From Mytilus californianus (taxonomy: Eukaryota): a DNA stretch of 64,000 nt. How positions within the stretch are numbered: the first letter of the stretch is position 1; each line of letters starts with the position of its first letter. Below the pieces are notes generated by a model. It had not been told where the DNA came from. It ran no database searches and was given only the letters and a program-made list of their open reading frames with translations. The translations under genes and the position numbers were made by a program. This document shows, one piece after another, positions 37,952-50,949 of the stretch. Location: assembly GCF_021869535.1 (NCBI RefSeq), contig NW_026262679.1:96100001-96164000 (forward strand), given 5' to 3'.

Positions 37952-40015
37952 TGTAGGACTCTAAAGTGCGATGGGGACGCTCAAACGCGATGGTCACGCT
38001 AAAGTGCGATGGCCTACGCTAAAGTGCGATGGTTTGATACGCTAAAGTGCGATGGTCTGCGCTATTTAATGGAACACGCTAAAGTCCGATGCCGCGATAC
38101 GCTAAAGTGCGTTTTTCAGCGAAAGTGCGTTTGTTCGCGAAAGTATGGACGTTTGCAACGTTAAGGGCATACGATACAGTTACAGGGGAGGTAATGACGT
38201 TGCTAACGTAAAATGTTATTTTGGCGACGTCTAACTGTGACATATCGGGAAAAGATGTATTTTTCGACTGATTTTTATCATTCAAACTGATCTAACTTGA
38301 AAACGAGTTCATGGACCCCTCTTTTTAAAAATGACATTCGGTTTGATTACGTATGAAGATTATTTGTACCAATTTTCATGAAAAAGTCAATAATGCAATT
38401 TTTTTAAATTTGATAAATATACAGTAAAAAATGACGTTTTTTTCTACATTCATGAACATTTGATGAATTTGAGTTATTTCTAAAGAAAAGATTTCATAAA
38501 TTTATAGGATACTTATATAAAACAGAAATTACAAATAATTTAACAAAAAGCAGCTTGTGTTTATCTTTTAAAACAAAAAAGTTATACATTTCTGTTGGAA
38601 GGAAAAATACGTCCACAAATCCGAATTTTGAGCAAATATCTGAAATTTCGAACTCATTTTACTCAAAAAGTAGCACATGAAGGCATATTTTTTTATCACA
38701 TATTTGATTTAATCAGGTAAAAAATAGCCTATTTGCAAATTTTCATCAAATTTTCATTATGGGATCAAAACTGTATCGTATGCCCTTAAATAGCATTATG
38801 ACGATACAAGCCGTTTGTACAAACAAAAATGGAAATGCAGCAGATGAAGGTTTTTTACTAGACAAGAAAAGAGAAACAAATGATCCCAATCCGGAACATT
38901 TTTGGTTGGTGCTAGAAGAGTTTGTATGCGGAAGAGTTATTTCCCAAAATATCATCGACAGTAACAGAAATGCAAACCTATGATCCCGTCTGTGTTCTAT
39001 TCATTTGGGATGTACAAGTACGCAGCCACGTTCGCTGTGTCGGCGGGGAAAAACGTGTTTTTGTCAGGAAACTGGTAAAAAAAATACATCTCATAAACAT
39101 AGAAACTGACGATAGTAAGGGGGAGGTGTATACCGTAAAAGAGAGCGAAAACGGCAAAATACACCAAGTGTCAAAGTATTAAATTCGTCCAAATTTAATT
39201 TAGAAACTCCTTCTATGTTTTAATCCCACATATTGTCATTTATTTACGTGAAATAAAAGCTACTTTTTACTTTCTAATTGAAGTATTTTATAAAACATTT
39301 TTTTTACAATATGGTTCGTCATGTCTGTGAAAGAGATGGATACTCGTCAACAAGACAGTAACATAACGACCAGAGGTGTAGTATCATAATATGATTGCCA
39401 ACGAGACAAGTCTCTATCCAAGGCTAAATGTGACAGTCATTAATGTAATTAATTATAGGTTACCGTATGGCTAGTCCCGCAGATCGTATTCTATAAAGAT
39501 TATATACAAAACAATAAGCAAAAAACAAATAAGAAGATGTGGTGTAATTGTCAACGAAACAACTATCCACTAAAGACCAAATGTCGTTGATGTATGCACC
39601 TAATAACATTATGACCTTGAACGTGGAGCCTTGCCTCACGTCGCATAGCAAGCTATATAGGACAACACATTGACTAGTGTAAAACAATCTAAAAGAGAAG
39701 GACAACGGCATGATTTATAGACAATACTATAGACGAAAAACTAATATGAACACAGCAAAAAACAAAAGCCATTGCCTGAACCCCATTCCCGTTTTACACC
39801 ATCGCACTTTAGCGTGTTAAACCAACGCACTTTTGTCGTATACCATCGCATTTTAGCGTGACATACCATCGCACTTTAGCGTGTCATCTAATCGCACTTA
39901 AAATACAAACAACCATCGCACTTTATCGTCTGACACCATCGCACTTTAGCGTAGACCATCGCACTTTAGCGTGACCATCGCACGTTAGAGTACCATCGCA
40001 CTTTAGAGTCCTACA
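37952..40015. mobile_element. Non-autonomous TIR DNA transposon with arrays of subterminal inverted motifs
   Basis: Perfect TIR TGTAGGACTCTAAAGTGCGATGG at both ends, TATATA on both flanks, and multiple CGCTAAAGTGCGATGG motifs (left) mirrored by CCATCGCACTTTAGCG (right). No transposase seen; unrelated repeats lie inside. Confidence 0.85.
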
Positions 40016-40779
40016 TATATAAAATTAAATGTTACAGTAGATGTATACTAAGCAACAGACATAACGCCTCAAAGTCACTGATCTAATATAACCTTTCAAT
40101 AGCCCTTTGCTATGAAAACACGATCTAAGCATGCGTGGACAACATTTTTTAAACAGAAATGTTGAATTGATATGATTCTTTCAAATAAATAAGTAAAAAT
40201 CAAATAAAATGAATATTGTTTTAGGACACTGTTGTTAGATATTTTTTCAAAGTGTACGTATATTGTATTCCTGACCCGTTCAGAAAAAATGACGAATTTG
40301 CATCAACATGACAGAGATAAACAAAATAACATGACTTGTCTTTAAGAAGACAATTTTTGAACACATTTGGTTTGAAGTCCTCTTAAACTACAAAGATATT
40401 AGGTAAAACTTCAGTGTGAAGAGAGCTTATTCGAAATTATCCTTATTTTTTACACAAATATATGATTATATGAACAAACATCAATAATGCAGTAACTGAC
40501 CGAAAGATATAAAGAAATCTAAACATAACCGACCACAATAACAAACAGTCATCCTCACCAATAAGCTCTATTTTATGAAATAATTTTAGAAAACTATCAC
40601 AAAAAACCGCAAATGAACAAACCCGATTAACCCCGTCTTTTATATTGTATATTTTGCTCACTATTGATCGTGTCGTGGACCCAAAGGACCACCGTAATAG
40701 CTGCCAGAGTGCACACACACAATTGAGTTTCAAATAAACAATGAACATACAGGAAAACGACAATCATGCACTAAAAAAA

Positions 40780-41515
40780 AGGGCACAGGACGTTTGCGCT
40801 TTTTTACCTGTAACACGAAAGGACATTTGTGCTAAAAAAAACTATGAACATTTGCGTTTTAAATTATGATACACATGAACTAAATTCACCGGGTAAAATT
40901 TTTTCTTTTCACCTTTAATAGTTTACCTGTAATCTTAACCAAATTAAACAAAGTTATTGAGAGATGTTCACATATTCTTTGAAAATTCTTTTGAACAAAA
41001 GACAAAATCAGAAAAGAATTATTCGGGTATACTATAGAGAAATTTTTAAGGATGGAACATTAAATTTTGCCCTAAATTCCTCAAGCAGTTTAATACAATT
41101 CCTGGATTTAAAATTGAAAATCATATACTATTGCGTGGATATTCCGTGGAACTGTACCATCAATGGCTTATCTCAAAGCTTGTTCTAACTTGTTAATACC
41201 GTAATTAGATTTTTTTAAACCACCTGCTGTTCATGTGGTCTTTTAAAAAAAGTCTTGGTTGTTATAATGAATTTACTTCCATTCGCCCTCTTGAAGTATT
41301 GTCGTGTTCATCTGACACAAGTACAAATGAGAATGTATTGTGTCTTTGATATTAGAGATCTTTTAAACTTTTAACCTTGATATAACTCAAATTTTGTGTT
41401 GATAAAGCGCATATGTCCTATTGAAAAAGCTCAAATGTCCTAAAAATTAAAGCACAAATGTCAATTAAAAAAGCACAAATGTCCTATCAAAAACCTCAAA
41501 CGTCCAACGCCGGAA
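40780..41515. mobile_element. Probable degenerate MITE
   Basis: AGGACATTTGTGCT-type motifs at the left end mirrored by several AGCACAAATGTCCT-type motifs at the right end. Exact termini and TSD not resolved. Confidence 0.4.
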
Positions 41516-42129
41516 AAAAAGTTGTGACTTCGGACTTAACGTACAGACTGAACTATTACACTTTAGTTCTATAGTGTTGCTATAGTGACCAACCGTCCTA
41601 GTTATGAATACCCTTGATCAGTTTAAATAAAAATAAGAAATAACTATGAAGATTATGGAAAAGTACTTCATTCAGTTATCCGCCAAGTGGATAGGACAAC
41701 ATTCAGAGAAGGCAAAACAGTACGTTAAAAAATGAAAAACAACACATTATTAAATGTACACAAAACGTGCAATGTCTAAATACCTTTTAGAAAATTCAAT
41801 TTTAGAGGGGAAGGCAAATCTTTAATACCTTTTTTGAATTAAATACATTTTTAAATAGACTCAGGACCGATTAACAGTTTGACCCGTTGTTAAGACACAT
41901 GTCTTTTGTTGAATAAAAACAAACGGAGATGTTGGGTCAACGACAAACATGAACAAAAGACATTACGAGGTCAATATACCATAAAAACTGAGTAGAGTGC
42001 ATAATCGTAATTTATTTGACCTCTAGATAGTTTTTATGTGTCTTCGGGTTACTGTTTAAATACCCCAAAATATCATTTTATTCATAAGTATTGTGCAAAA
42101 AAAAAAACATAAAAGATTGCAATATTAAT

Positions 42130-42172
42130 GCACCTGATGCGCATTTCGTCAAATAATTTCTCTTCAGTGATG
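42130..42172 (-). ncRNA. Degenerate hammerhead
   Basis: CTGAAGA and GAAA-TGCGCATC are retained, but stem II (GAA/GAC) and the first stem I pair are mismatched. Confidence 0.5.
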
Positions 42173-44023
42173 ATCGAGGCTTGACAAGTTAGATAATAAA
42201 TAAAAAAAATGTTTGTCTTCATATTTGTTTCTCTCTCAACAGTATCATTTTAGTTGATTATATCACTGTTTTGATACGACCGAACTTAATTGGCAAAGCC
42301 TAATCAACGAAAAAAATTCCTAAGTAAAATCATACAATGATTTTAAGCATATTATGTGTGGTAAGGGAGGTAAATCGTGATGGATTTGAATTTGTTTACA
42401 TTCGTTGTGTCTTTCTCTGTTACAAAAACTTAAAATAAAAACCGATTCTAGCTCTTATTTGTATTTGTTACAGTTAAAAAAACATGCGAACCAATGAGCC
42501 GTAAACAGCTTTAAAATTTTCAAAATGAATTTCAGTCGGGTTGAATTAATATGATTTTTCAAAATCCAAATAACCCTAATGAGGGACTAATGATTAGCAA
42601 ATTCTCATCATCTTATTTTTAAAGTAAACTCCCTTAAATAACTAAAATGTTTGCTACAGATTTGCAAAAGACCTGCTGCAGGTTTTCTGCAAACAGAAAA
42701 TTTGCAGAAAACCTTAAAATAATGTTTTCAGATGTCTGCAGCTATAGCTATCAGCAAGATTGCAGAAACAGTTATGTTCGCAATAAGATTGCAATAGGGA
42801 ATATTCGCAACTGGATGACAGAAATCCTTGATCAATCTATATGTGCGCAAGATCATCACAAGAATAACTTAGAATGCTTACTGGTAACATTGGTGCTTGA
42901 TCATATATTGATGGTGTTTAAGTAAATTTTATATATATATAAGAGTTCAAGGAGCCATTTTTTAATCCTTATGGGATATTCAATGTGTAATTTTCATCAT
43001 TTGAAAGTATAAATAACAGATATAAATGAATGGAAACATTTGATTGTATTGAGACTTAAACTTATTAACGTATTCAGTTGTCACCAACTCCCCCCCCCCC
43101 CAAAAAAAAAACCCCAAAAAGGTTTGAAAAAAAACAAACATGTTTTTAATACCTAGTACTCTAATCTGTTTACATTTTGTAACTAATTAGATATCATGTT
43201 TCAATAAGTCATGATAAATTTTGAAATTAAACGAACTTAGCCAGCTGTATTCACAAAATGCTTTTCAGATAAATTCTTTTTTTTTTATCCACATTTGAGC
43301 ACTTCTACAAATACAAACATATTATATCTTAAAAGATATCTATTGATACTAAGATAATTTTGCAAAATATGATGTATTCGAATGATTTTATATATGTGAC
43401 AGGGCTTTTTCAGAATTTGCTGTGTAATTTGAATAAGCTGACGCGTAGACAACATACCATAATATATTGTAATGTGGGTAGATCCTGAATGTTTGAAGTT
43501 GACACCCAGGAAAGAGACTAATTTAACATAAATGTTTGCTGAAGGGCTGCGACACACACTCATTTTCATGATAAATTGTTTCCGGCAAACTTTTGACACC
43601 ATTGCAGCAAAGATGCAGAATTACATGTAGAGTCTATTCAAAATTATTCTTGGGCCTCTATGCAAGCTTGCTGCAAATGCACAAAAAAATGTTTGCTGCA
43701 AATATTTGTAGGAGGCTGATTTTTTTCAGTAAGTGAGCTTTAAGGTAAATGAAAGTGCGAAAGTTTTTTTTTTAATCAGGATAAAGGATAGATATAACTA
43801 TATATAGCCTAATACAGATATTTCTGAACCCTAAGGATTGACTGAGTGTATTGACATAGACAGATGATCAACCAGTGAAATTCTCCCGTCCGCCATATAA
43901 ACCCTTAAACAATTGTCTGTTTGGCTTTGTTGGATGGTTGAATACGCAGATACGTTTGATTGGAATGGGGGCATTTGATTCGATGACTCATTCTTGGTGC
44001 TTGAAGAACGAGATTCATTTGTG

Positions 44024-44231
44024 GTCGAGTATCGAGTTGCGAGTTACGAAAGTCGAGTTGCGAGTTACGAAGGTCGAGGTGCGAGTTATGAAAGTCGAGT
44101 TGCGAGTTACGAAGGTCGAGTTGCGAGTTACGAAGGTCGAGTTGCGAGTTACAAACGTCGAGTTGCGAGTTACGAAGGTCGAGTTGCGAGTTACGAAGGT
44201 CGAGTTGCGAGTTACGAAAGTCAAGTTGCGT
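44024..44231 (+). repeat. 21-bp minisatellite, ~10 copies
   Basis: Unit GTCGAGTTGCGAGTTACGAAG. Confidence 0.95.
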
Positions 44232-45289
44232 GAAAATGGTGAAAACTATTTTAATTTTTTGGTGTTCATTTTTGAATGATGATTGCCTATAGAATTGTAT
44301 ACAGTATTGTTGATTCTTTTTGTTGTTTAAACTTAATCTGAGTCTCGTTTAAAAAAAGCATGAATGGATTGCTTACATAATCACTACGCAAAGTATTTTC
44401 TGAAGAAACAGCCTTTTGAAATACAGCGGATGGCTTGTAGTTTAATTATTATTAAATTTCATAGCTAGCACCGTGATATTAAACGTAAATGGAGATAGCA
44501 ACTAATTTATAGTACATACATGTATATGTAAAAGACACCTTCTGCAGATTTCGTTAAGAGTGGGCTCTTCGGGGCAGTTGCAGAGGCAATATTTGTTAGA
44601 GACCCCAAAATTTATTCTTTGGCAGTGTCACTCAAAATTGTGGACGTTTAAGTTACTAGTATATATGTCTACATTCGCTAGAGGTAAATGGGAAGGCTGA
44701 GCGCTCATAAAACCTGTTTAACCCAGTCGCATGTTTGCGTCTGTCCTTAATCAGGAACCTCTAGCCTTTGTTGGTCTGGTATATTTTTTAATTTTGGTTC
44801 ATCTATATGTTTCGGAGCATAGAATGGCGTCCATTTTCTTGATCTAGTGTACATTGTGTTTCGGGGCCTGCTTGGGGCTGCCTCTGGGTGTGGGATTTCT
44901 CGCTGTGTTGAAGACCCATTGGTGGCCTTGGGTTGACTTGTATATTTTGGTTGGGTTGTTGTCTCTTTGAAACATTCCCCGTTTCTATTCGTTATTCTAT
45001 ACATGTAGCTGTCAAAGATACTTTTGTAAAAAATGCAAAAGACGCAGTTTTGGAATATGTAACTTCTTTCTAAAAAATGGGTTAATCATACCCAAATCAA
45101 TTAAGTTAATCTAGGAATAACATGCTGACAAATATAACTCTTTTTACTTTTTTTTTGACACGAAACTCATTGTGCAGTAGATGGGAAACTGATTACATAA
45201 AGTTTGAATTGTCTGTATAAAACGTCATAAATTTTTATATCAATATGAAAAAGTGCAGTTTTAAAGAGTTGTTAGTTATTTGAAAACAA

Positions 45290-46093
45290 TTCAGAGAAAT
45301 TCAACATTAACCAATGAACCATGAAATATGGTCATGGTCAGATGAAACATGCCAGACATTTATTTACACCTTACAATCATTCCATAAACCAAATATAGTT
45401 CAAATATTTCTTATAGTATCTGAAAAACAGACCAAACAAGAAAAAAAAATAGCATTGACCAATGAACCATGAAAATGAGGTCAATGTTAGATGATTACTG
45501 TCAGACAGACATGTACACCTTACAACCATTCCATACACCAAAATATAATTGACTGAATACTTATAGTATCTGCGAAATAAACCAAAACACAAAAAGTTAA
45601 CTTTGACCACTGAACCATGAAAATGAGGTCATGGTGAGATGACACCTGCCAGTCATTCCATATACCAAATATATAAAAGACCTATTGCTTATAGTTTCTG
45701 TGATATGGACTTGACCACGAGAACTTATCTTTGTTCACTGATCCATGAAATGAGGTCAAGGTCAAGTGAAAACTGTCTGACAGGCATGAGGACCTTGCAA
45801 GATACGCACTTACCAAATATAGTTATCCTATTTCGTATGATAAGAGAGAAATTGACATAACAAAAAATCTTAACTTTTTTTCAAGTAGTCACTGAACCAT
45901 GAAAATGAGGTCAAGGCCATTGGTCATATGACAGACGGAAAGTTCGTAAGATAAGGCATCTATATACAAAGTATGAAGCATCAATTTCTTCTACCTTCTG
46001 AAATACTAAGCTTTTAAGTCAAGAGCTAACGTCGCCGCCGCCGGATCACTAACCCCAAGTCTCGCTTTCTGCGACAGAAGTCGCAGGCTAGAC
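45290..46093 (-). mobile_element. Helentron-associated-like (HINE/pearl-type) element with ~150-bp internal repeats
   Basis: Minus-strand start TTGTCTAGCCTGCGACTTCTGTCGCAGAAAGCGAGAC..GATCCGGCGGCGGCG. Repeated GAACCATGAAAATGAGGTCA cores at ~45315, ~45465, ~45613 and ~45893. Confidence 0.6.
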
Positions 46094-47852
46094 AACTAGA
46101 CTTATCAACATTTTACAAACCAAAATCCGAGGAAGAATCAAGGTGCCACCGAAAGGCAAAACATAAACTACTCCACACGGGACACCTGTCTTATGGCTTA
46201 TGAAAGAATGTATTCCGTGATGAGTTATCCGATGGTATCACATTCGGCGGAGACGACGACGCTGTGGTTTAAGGCAATTTGGTATTTGGAGACAGTTTTT
46301 CCTACGTGTTATCTTAAATTATGCCACTGAAAACCCTTAGTTTAGTAGCTTTCATGTAGACAGCAACCCTAAATCCTGAGTTATGCATTCTATCATAAAA
46401 GAAAGGCGGAACATACCGAAAGGAGGATTTAAAACTCTTTGGTCAAAGACAAAGTGGCAAACTGCTGTTCACAAAAGGCAACATCACAAACCTCTCATAA
46501 TCTGATTATAATTGCTTTGGAAGGATAAGTATATTTGGTTCACCATGTGAAACGAATCGTGTTGCTCATGATTTACAAATTGACAATGTCTCTTTTGTTG
46601 TTCCATATTCGAGACAAAAAGATGATACTATGGTAATAACACTGTGTTATTGGTTGTGATTCGCTGTGAACCAGCTCTCAGTATTTAGCCGAGAGGATAA
46701 TTTGATTGGTTCTTTTTGTCTGTGGTTTCACTTTGGTTAAAATAGCACATGATTTTTCAGGGAAAATTATTTTATTTTATTATTTACCACAGAGAGCATT
46801 CATTATCTTACATGGTCATTCCAAATTTCCTGAGAGTGTTTTATGCCTGTCTGAAAGTGAATTAGCAACTTCAAGCTTGAAAATATGTGAATAGGTCGGG
46901 AAAACTATCAGAAATATATGATAAGGTCAATAAAGTACCCATAATTTCTTCGTCTGTCATCTTTCTTGGTGTTCCCGGCTGTGTTTTTATCAACTAATTT
47001 TCTCTCTTTTGGCACTTTGGTATTCCACTTTTACATTACACATTACATGAAACCCAAACAATATGGTAAAAGGTAACATTTTTACCTACGCAATATATGA
47101 AAAGGTATACATTTTTAAAATCTAAAATATATGAAAAGGTTGGGGTAACAGAACCCCAGCAGCACTCCCTATCAATTAAGTAATGACAGTACAACTTAAT
47201 GCCATACTTACCCGGGTAAAACTTTTTTCAGGTGCTCTCGTGACAGGCTATGCATGATATTAAAATGAAAAGTAAGCACATTTTTTTTAGAAAAATGTAC
47301 AATACCCAGCTGATATCTGAAACTACAACATTTGTATCAAGGCTGCATGCAGGTAAAAAAGTAAACACGTGACAGACAAGGCTTCTGTGCTCATACCGTA
47401 AAAACACACGCCGCCATAACATTCCTTAAAACTGTTCCTTTTATTTTTTGTAACAGCGGTATAGCTTATTGTAGAATAACGTCTTTCCAAATTAAAAAAA
47501 AAAACAAATCATATTATGATCTATGCCATGAAGTTACCATAATATCATAGAAAAACATCTTTAGAATGCTTATTTTTTGCGTTGTAGTATTCAGATATAC
47601 ATACATTGAACAACTCGATTATTAACTATTTGGTATATATATGCACTCTCCGCTTGGGGTTGAATCACAAAGTTAACAAAGTTCAAAATTATTTAATTTA
47701 TCACATAAAGCACATAACATATCGCATTTCTAACTAATTCATGAGATATTTTCCTAAGTTAAATGTGCAATTGTGCCTATATCATGCACTCTAAGCCTTT
47801 GCGAAAGACGAAGAGTTAGCACTTGGTATGCTAATGAATATCCTTTATTCAA

Positions 47853-47896
47853 ACGTCACTGATGAGTCTTGTAAAGACGAAACGCGCGTCTGGCGT
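47853..47896 (+). ncRNA. Minimal type-I hammerhead ribozyme, core intact
   Basis: ACGTCA-CTGATGA-GTCT[tgtaa]AGAC-GAAA-C[GCGC]GT-C-TGGCGT. Stem I 6 bp, stem II 4 bp, GUC cleavage triplet after 47890. Confidence 0.9.
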
Positions 47897-48148
47897 AGAA
47901 AATATTATAAGCCTGGTACCTTTGATAACTTAAGTATTTACTTTAGGCCTAAAACAGTGCCATATTCTGTGAGATGTCGATAATTTGCAAGTATATTTCA
48001 TTTGTCTACATGATTTATTTTCTTATGCTTGATTATTAAATGCGAACCAAACCTGAAAATTCTGTTTCAAAAATCAAACGACACGACCGTTTATATATAC
48101 GACCGTTTATATTTATAATTCTTAAGAAATTAGAGAAACAATATTTTT

Positions 48149-48298
48149 GTAACTCGCAACTCGACCTTCGTAACTGGCAACTCGACCTTCGTAACTGGCA
48201 ACTCGACCTTCGTAACTGGCAACTCGACCTTCGTAACTGGCAACTCGACCTTCGTAACTCGCAACTCGACTTTCTTAACTCGCAACTTGCAACTCGAC
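48149..48298 (-). repeat. 21-bp minisatellite, ~7 copies, inverted relative to 44024-44231
   Basis: Unit AACTCGCAACTCGACCTTCGT (several copies AACTGGC), the reverse complement of the 44 kb array. Confidence 0.95.
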
Positions 48299-48726
48299 GA
48301 CAAGAAATCCTCTTGGAGAACACACGCTTTCTGCAAGTAATAGAACCCTTGTAATACTGTATTGCACTTCTCTTCGCGTTTACTTGTTCTCACGAAATAG
48401 CTAGTTCAATCGTGTGTATTGAATTTCACGTCATTTGATGCTGAATTAATATCAGTAAAAATTGTAGTTGTGTTTTGAATGTTTCGTATTGGTGAATATT
48501 TTCAAAGAGCATTTATATTTTCATAAGTCTTTATATGCTTAAGAAGATAAAACAGATCAGTGTTGCTGTTCATAAAATAACAATGATTATGCAATCGTCC
48601 AAAAAGTTGTCTGCAATAGTATTGTCTGGTAGTTACACAACAGTGGCGTAGGAATACAGTGAAAAGTAGATGTGTGTGTCTGCGGTGGGGTGTGGAACAA
48701 ACATCTGACAAGTGGCAAACACCTAT

Positions 48727-49638
48727 TGTGACGAAAATTATTCAGTTACCTTACTAATGTTAGGAAGTTCTAAGTTTATCTGTTAGGAAGTCGGCAAATG
48801 TTTAAATACAGTGAATGTTCATATAACAAATTCTACTTTCACTTTCGTTTGTTAAATACGTACGCTAATTACGGTTGTAATACGTACTGGTTCCGATCAT
48901 TCCTAGTTGAAAATAAAGTGCTTGATATTAAAGTACTATAGGCGTTACATTAAAACGTAACAGTAATACGGAATATATTTATTTCTGTTTAGAGATTATA
49001 TGCATTTTGATTAGAGATTATTCTAGTATATAAGTAGAGTTTCTCGCAGCGTAAATCAGTTCGATCGTCAGAGCTCTTAGAGTAAAGACATACGAAAAGG
49101 TAACTATAAATATTTCTGAATAAAAAGTTGCTTACCAAGGACCTTCGGTTAAGCTTACATAAGCAAGAGCCGATTGTACTCTCTGAATGAGATAGTGACA
49201 TATTGTCCTGTGGTATATAATTAAGGTTACAACGTAATACTGTCCCTTTGGACCAGTGACACCTTGGCCCTGAATAAGGACCAGGGGCGCACTAGATACC
49301 ATATTTTCATATATTACCTTAGAATCAAAGAGCTTAAGTACTGTAAGGCAAATAGGTGAACAGTCATATATCTAATTTTGAAGTAAGGCTAAGTCAAAGT
49401 TCCAATAAACCGTCCCTTGTGTTGTACTCCATTGTTAGGTTAAGGGCCCCATTTAGTATACTTACCGGAAGTTATCTTTTTCATTCCCGTTAGGCTTTTA
49501 TATCTAAGTTTAAGTTAAGTTCAGGATACACGTTACCATTTGTAAGGTATAGCCAACAGTACACAACAAATCCAGGGAAGTAACCCTGGTACGGGTTCAC
49601 GGGTACATCTGGCGTGTAGGACCTCCCTGCACGTTACA
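48727..49638 (+). repeat. 5-prime LTR (912 bp)
   Basis: Starts TGTGACG, ends CGTTACA (imperfect terminal inverted repeat). About 94% identical to 57049-57960 by hand count (~51 differences). Confidence 0.95.
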
Positions 49639-49643
49639 GAATT

Positions 49644-49661
49644 TGGTGGCAACGGTGGGAT
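49644..49661 (+). promoter_or_regulatory. Primer-binding site, probably tRNA-Leu
   Basis: TGGTGGCAACGGTGGGAT, 5 nt after the LTR. Complementary, with one difference, to the recalled animal tRNA-Leu 3-prime end ATCCCACCGCTGCCA-CCA. Confidence 0.75.
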
Positions 49662-49733
49662 TTGTTCGCTGTATAGTTGGTTATTTAGATATATCAGTCA
49701 GTATATAGTCAGACATCAGTTTTCTTTATAAAT

Positions 49734-50921
49734 ATGGATAAAGCCGCAAATTTGTCTGCCCAATTGTCTAGGCTTGAGAAAGATCTTCAGGACACCTTGT
49801 CAAGGAGTCGCCATTCACATTCTACACCCATTCCCGGGTTTGCAAGTGACTCAGGGATGATTACTACACAGCGCAATGACCAAACGTCTGTTGACAAAAC
49901 AACCCCGATTCATAGTACCCCAGTTGGTCCACATTATATAGGTATTGGCGCAAGACCAAAGGTCTTCCAAGATGAAGGAGCCTCAAATCAGTTGAAACCT
50001 CATGATATTCAAATTGTTAAGGAAAACCCCGTCAACTTGCCCGATAAGAAGTCAACGGGGAAGGCACCAGGGACAAGCATGAGTAAGCGTAGAGATATTA
50101 AGGTTGCAACGTACGATGGGTCAGGTGATTGGAATGACTACCGTTCATATTTTGAGTCATGTTCCTCTATTAACGGTTGGGATAACCTAGAGACAGGGTT
50201 ATACTTATCGGCTTCCCTAAGGGGTCGGACTCAAGGTGTTCTTGGGGATTTATCAGATGACAAGAAAATTCATTGACCAGTTGTTTCGATCTCTAGAAGA
50301 GAGGTTTGCTCCCCAAATCAGTCAGAGTTATACACGGTAAAATTGAAAGAAAGGAAGCAGAGGGCTTCAGAGTCGCTTCCTGAATTAGGACAAACGATAC
50401 GCCGACTGGTGAATAAAGCGTACCCCACTGCCCCAGGAGATGTTAAGGAAACATTGGCTAAAGAACACTTCTTGGATGCATTGATTAATACCGAAATGCG
50501 TATAAAAATCAAACAATCACGGCCCCCTGACCTTAATTCCGCTATTTGTTTAGCTGTAATGTTAGAAACGTTTTACAAGGCAGAAAAGCAATTTGAAGTA
50601 GGGAAAGCCCATTTAAGAGTTGTAGACAATAATGAACAGGTGGTAAGAGAGTCGGAGTCTCATGATAAGTTGTCAGATAAAATTGAAGGCGTGTTAGCAG
50701 CTCTCAATGATCAATTGGCAAGTATGAGTAAAGAGTTAGATGAATTAAAGAATAAAGCCAACATGCCTGGGCCAGCTGATTGGTCGAAGTTTCTTTGCTT
50801 TAATTGTGGTAAACCCGGCCACATGGCTAGAAATTGTAATGCTCATAGAAATAGGAGGCAGAACAACCAAGGATCACCAGGACCTTCGGTTAGAAGTATG
50901 AACAACCGTAGTGGTAAATGA
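49734..50921 (+). pseudogene. gag: gag (frameshifted near 50276-50343)
   Basis: Capsid-like KVATYDGSGDWNDYRSYFE..NGWD..LYLSASLRG and QRASESLPELGQTIRRLVNKAYP; CCHC knuckle CFNCGKPGHMARNC. Confidence 0.9.
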
Positions 50922-50949
50922 AAACGTAAATCTTTGTACCTCGGCTTAA

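Noticed and set aside
43875-48393. ORFs with RVTKVEL / RSSCQL heptads resembling coiled coils
   Set aside because: By-products of stop-free 21-bp minisatellites, open in several frames at once.
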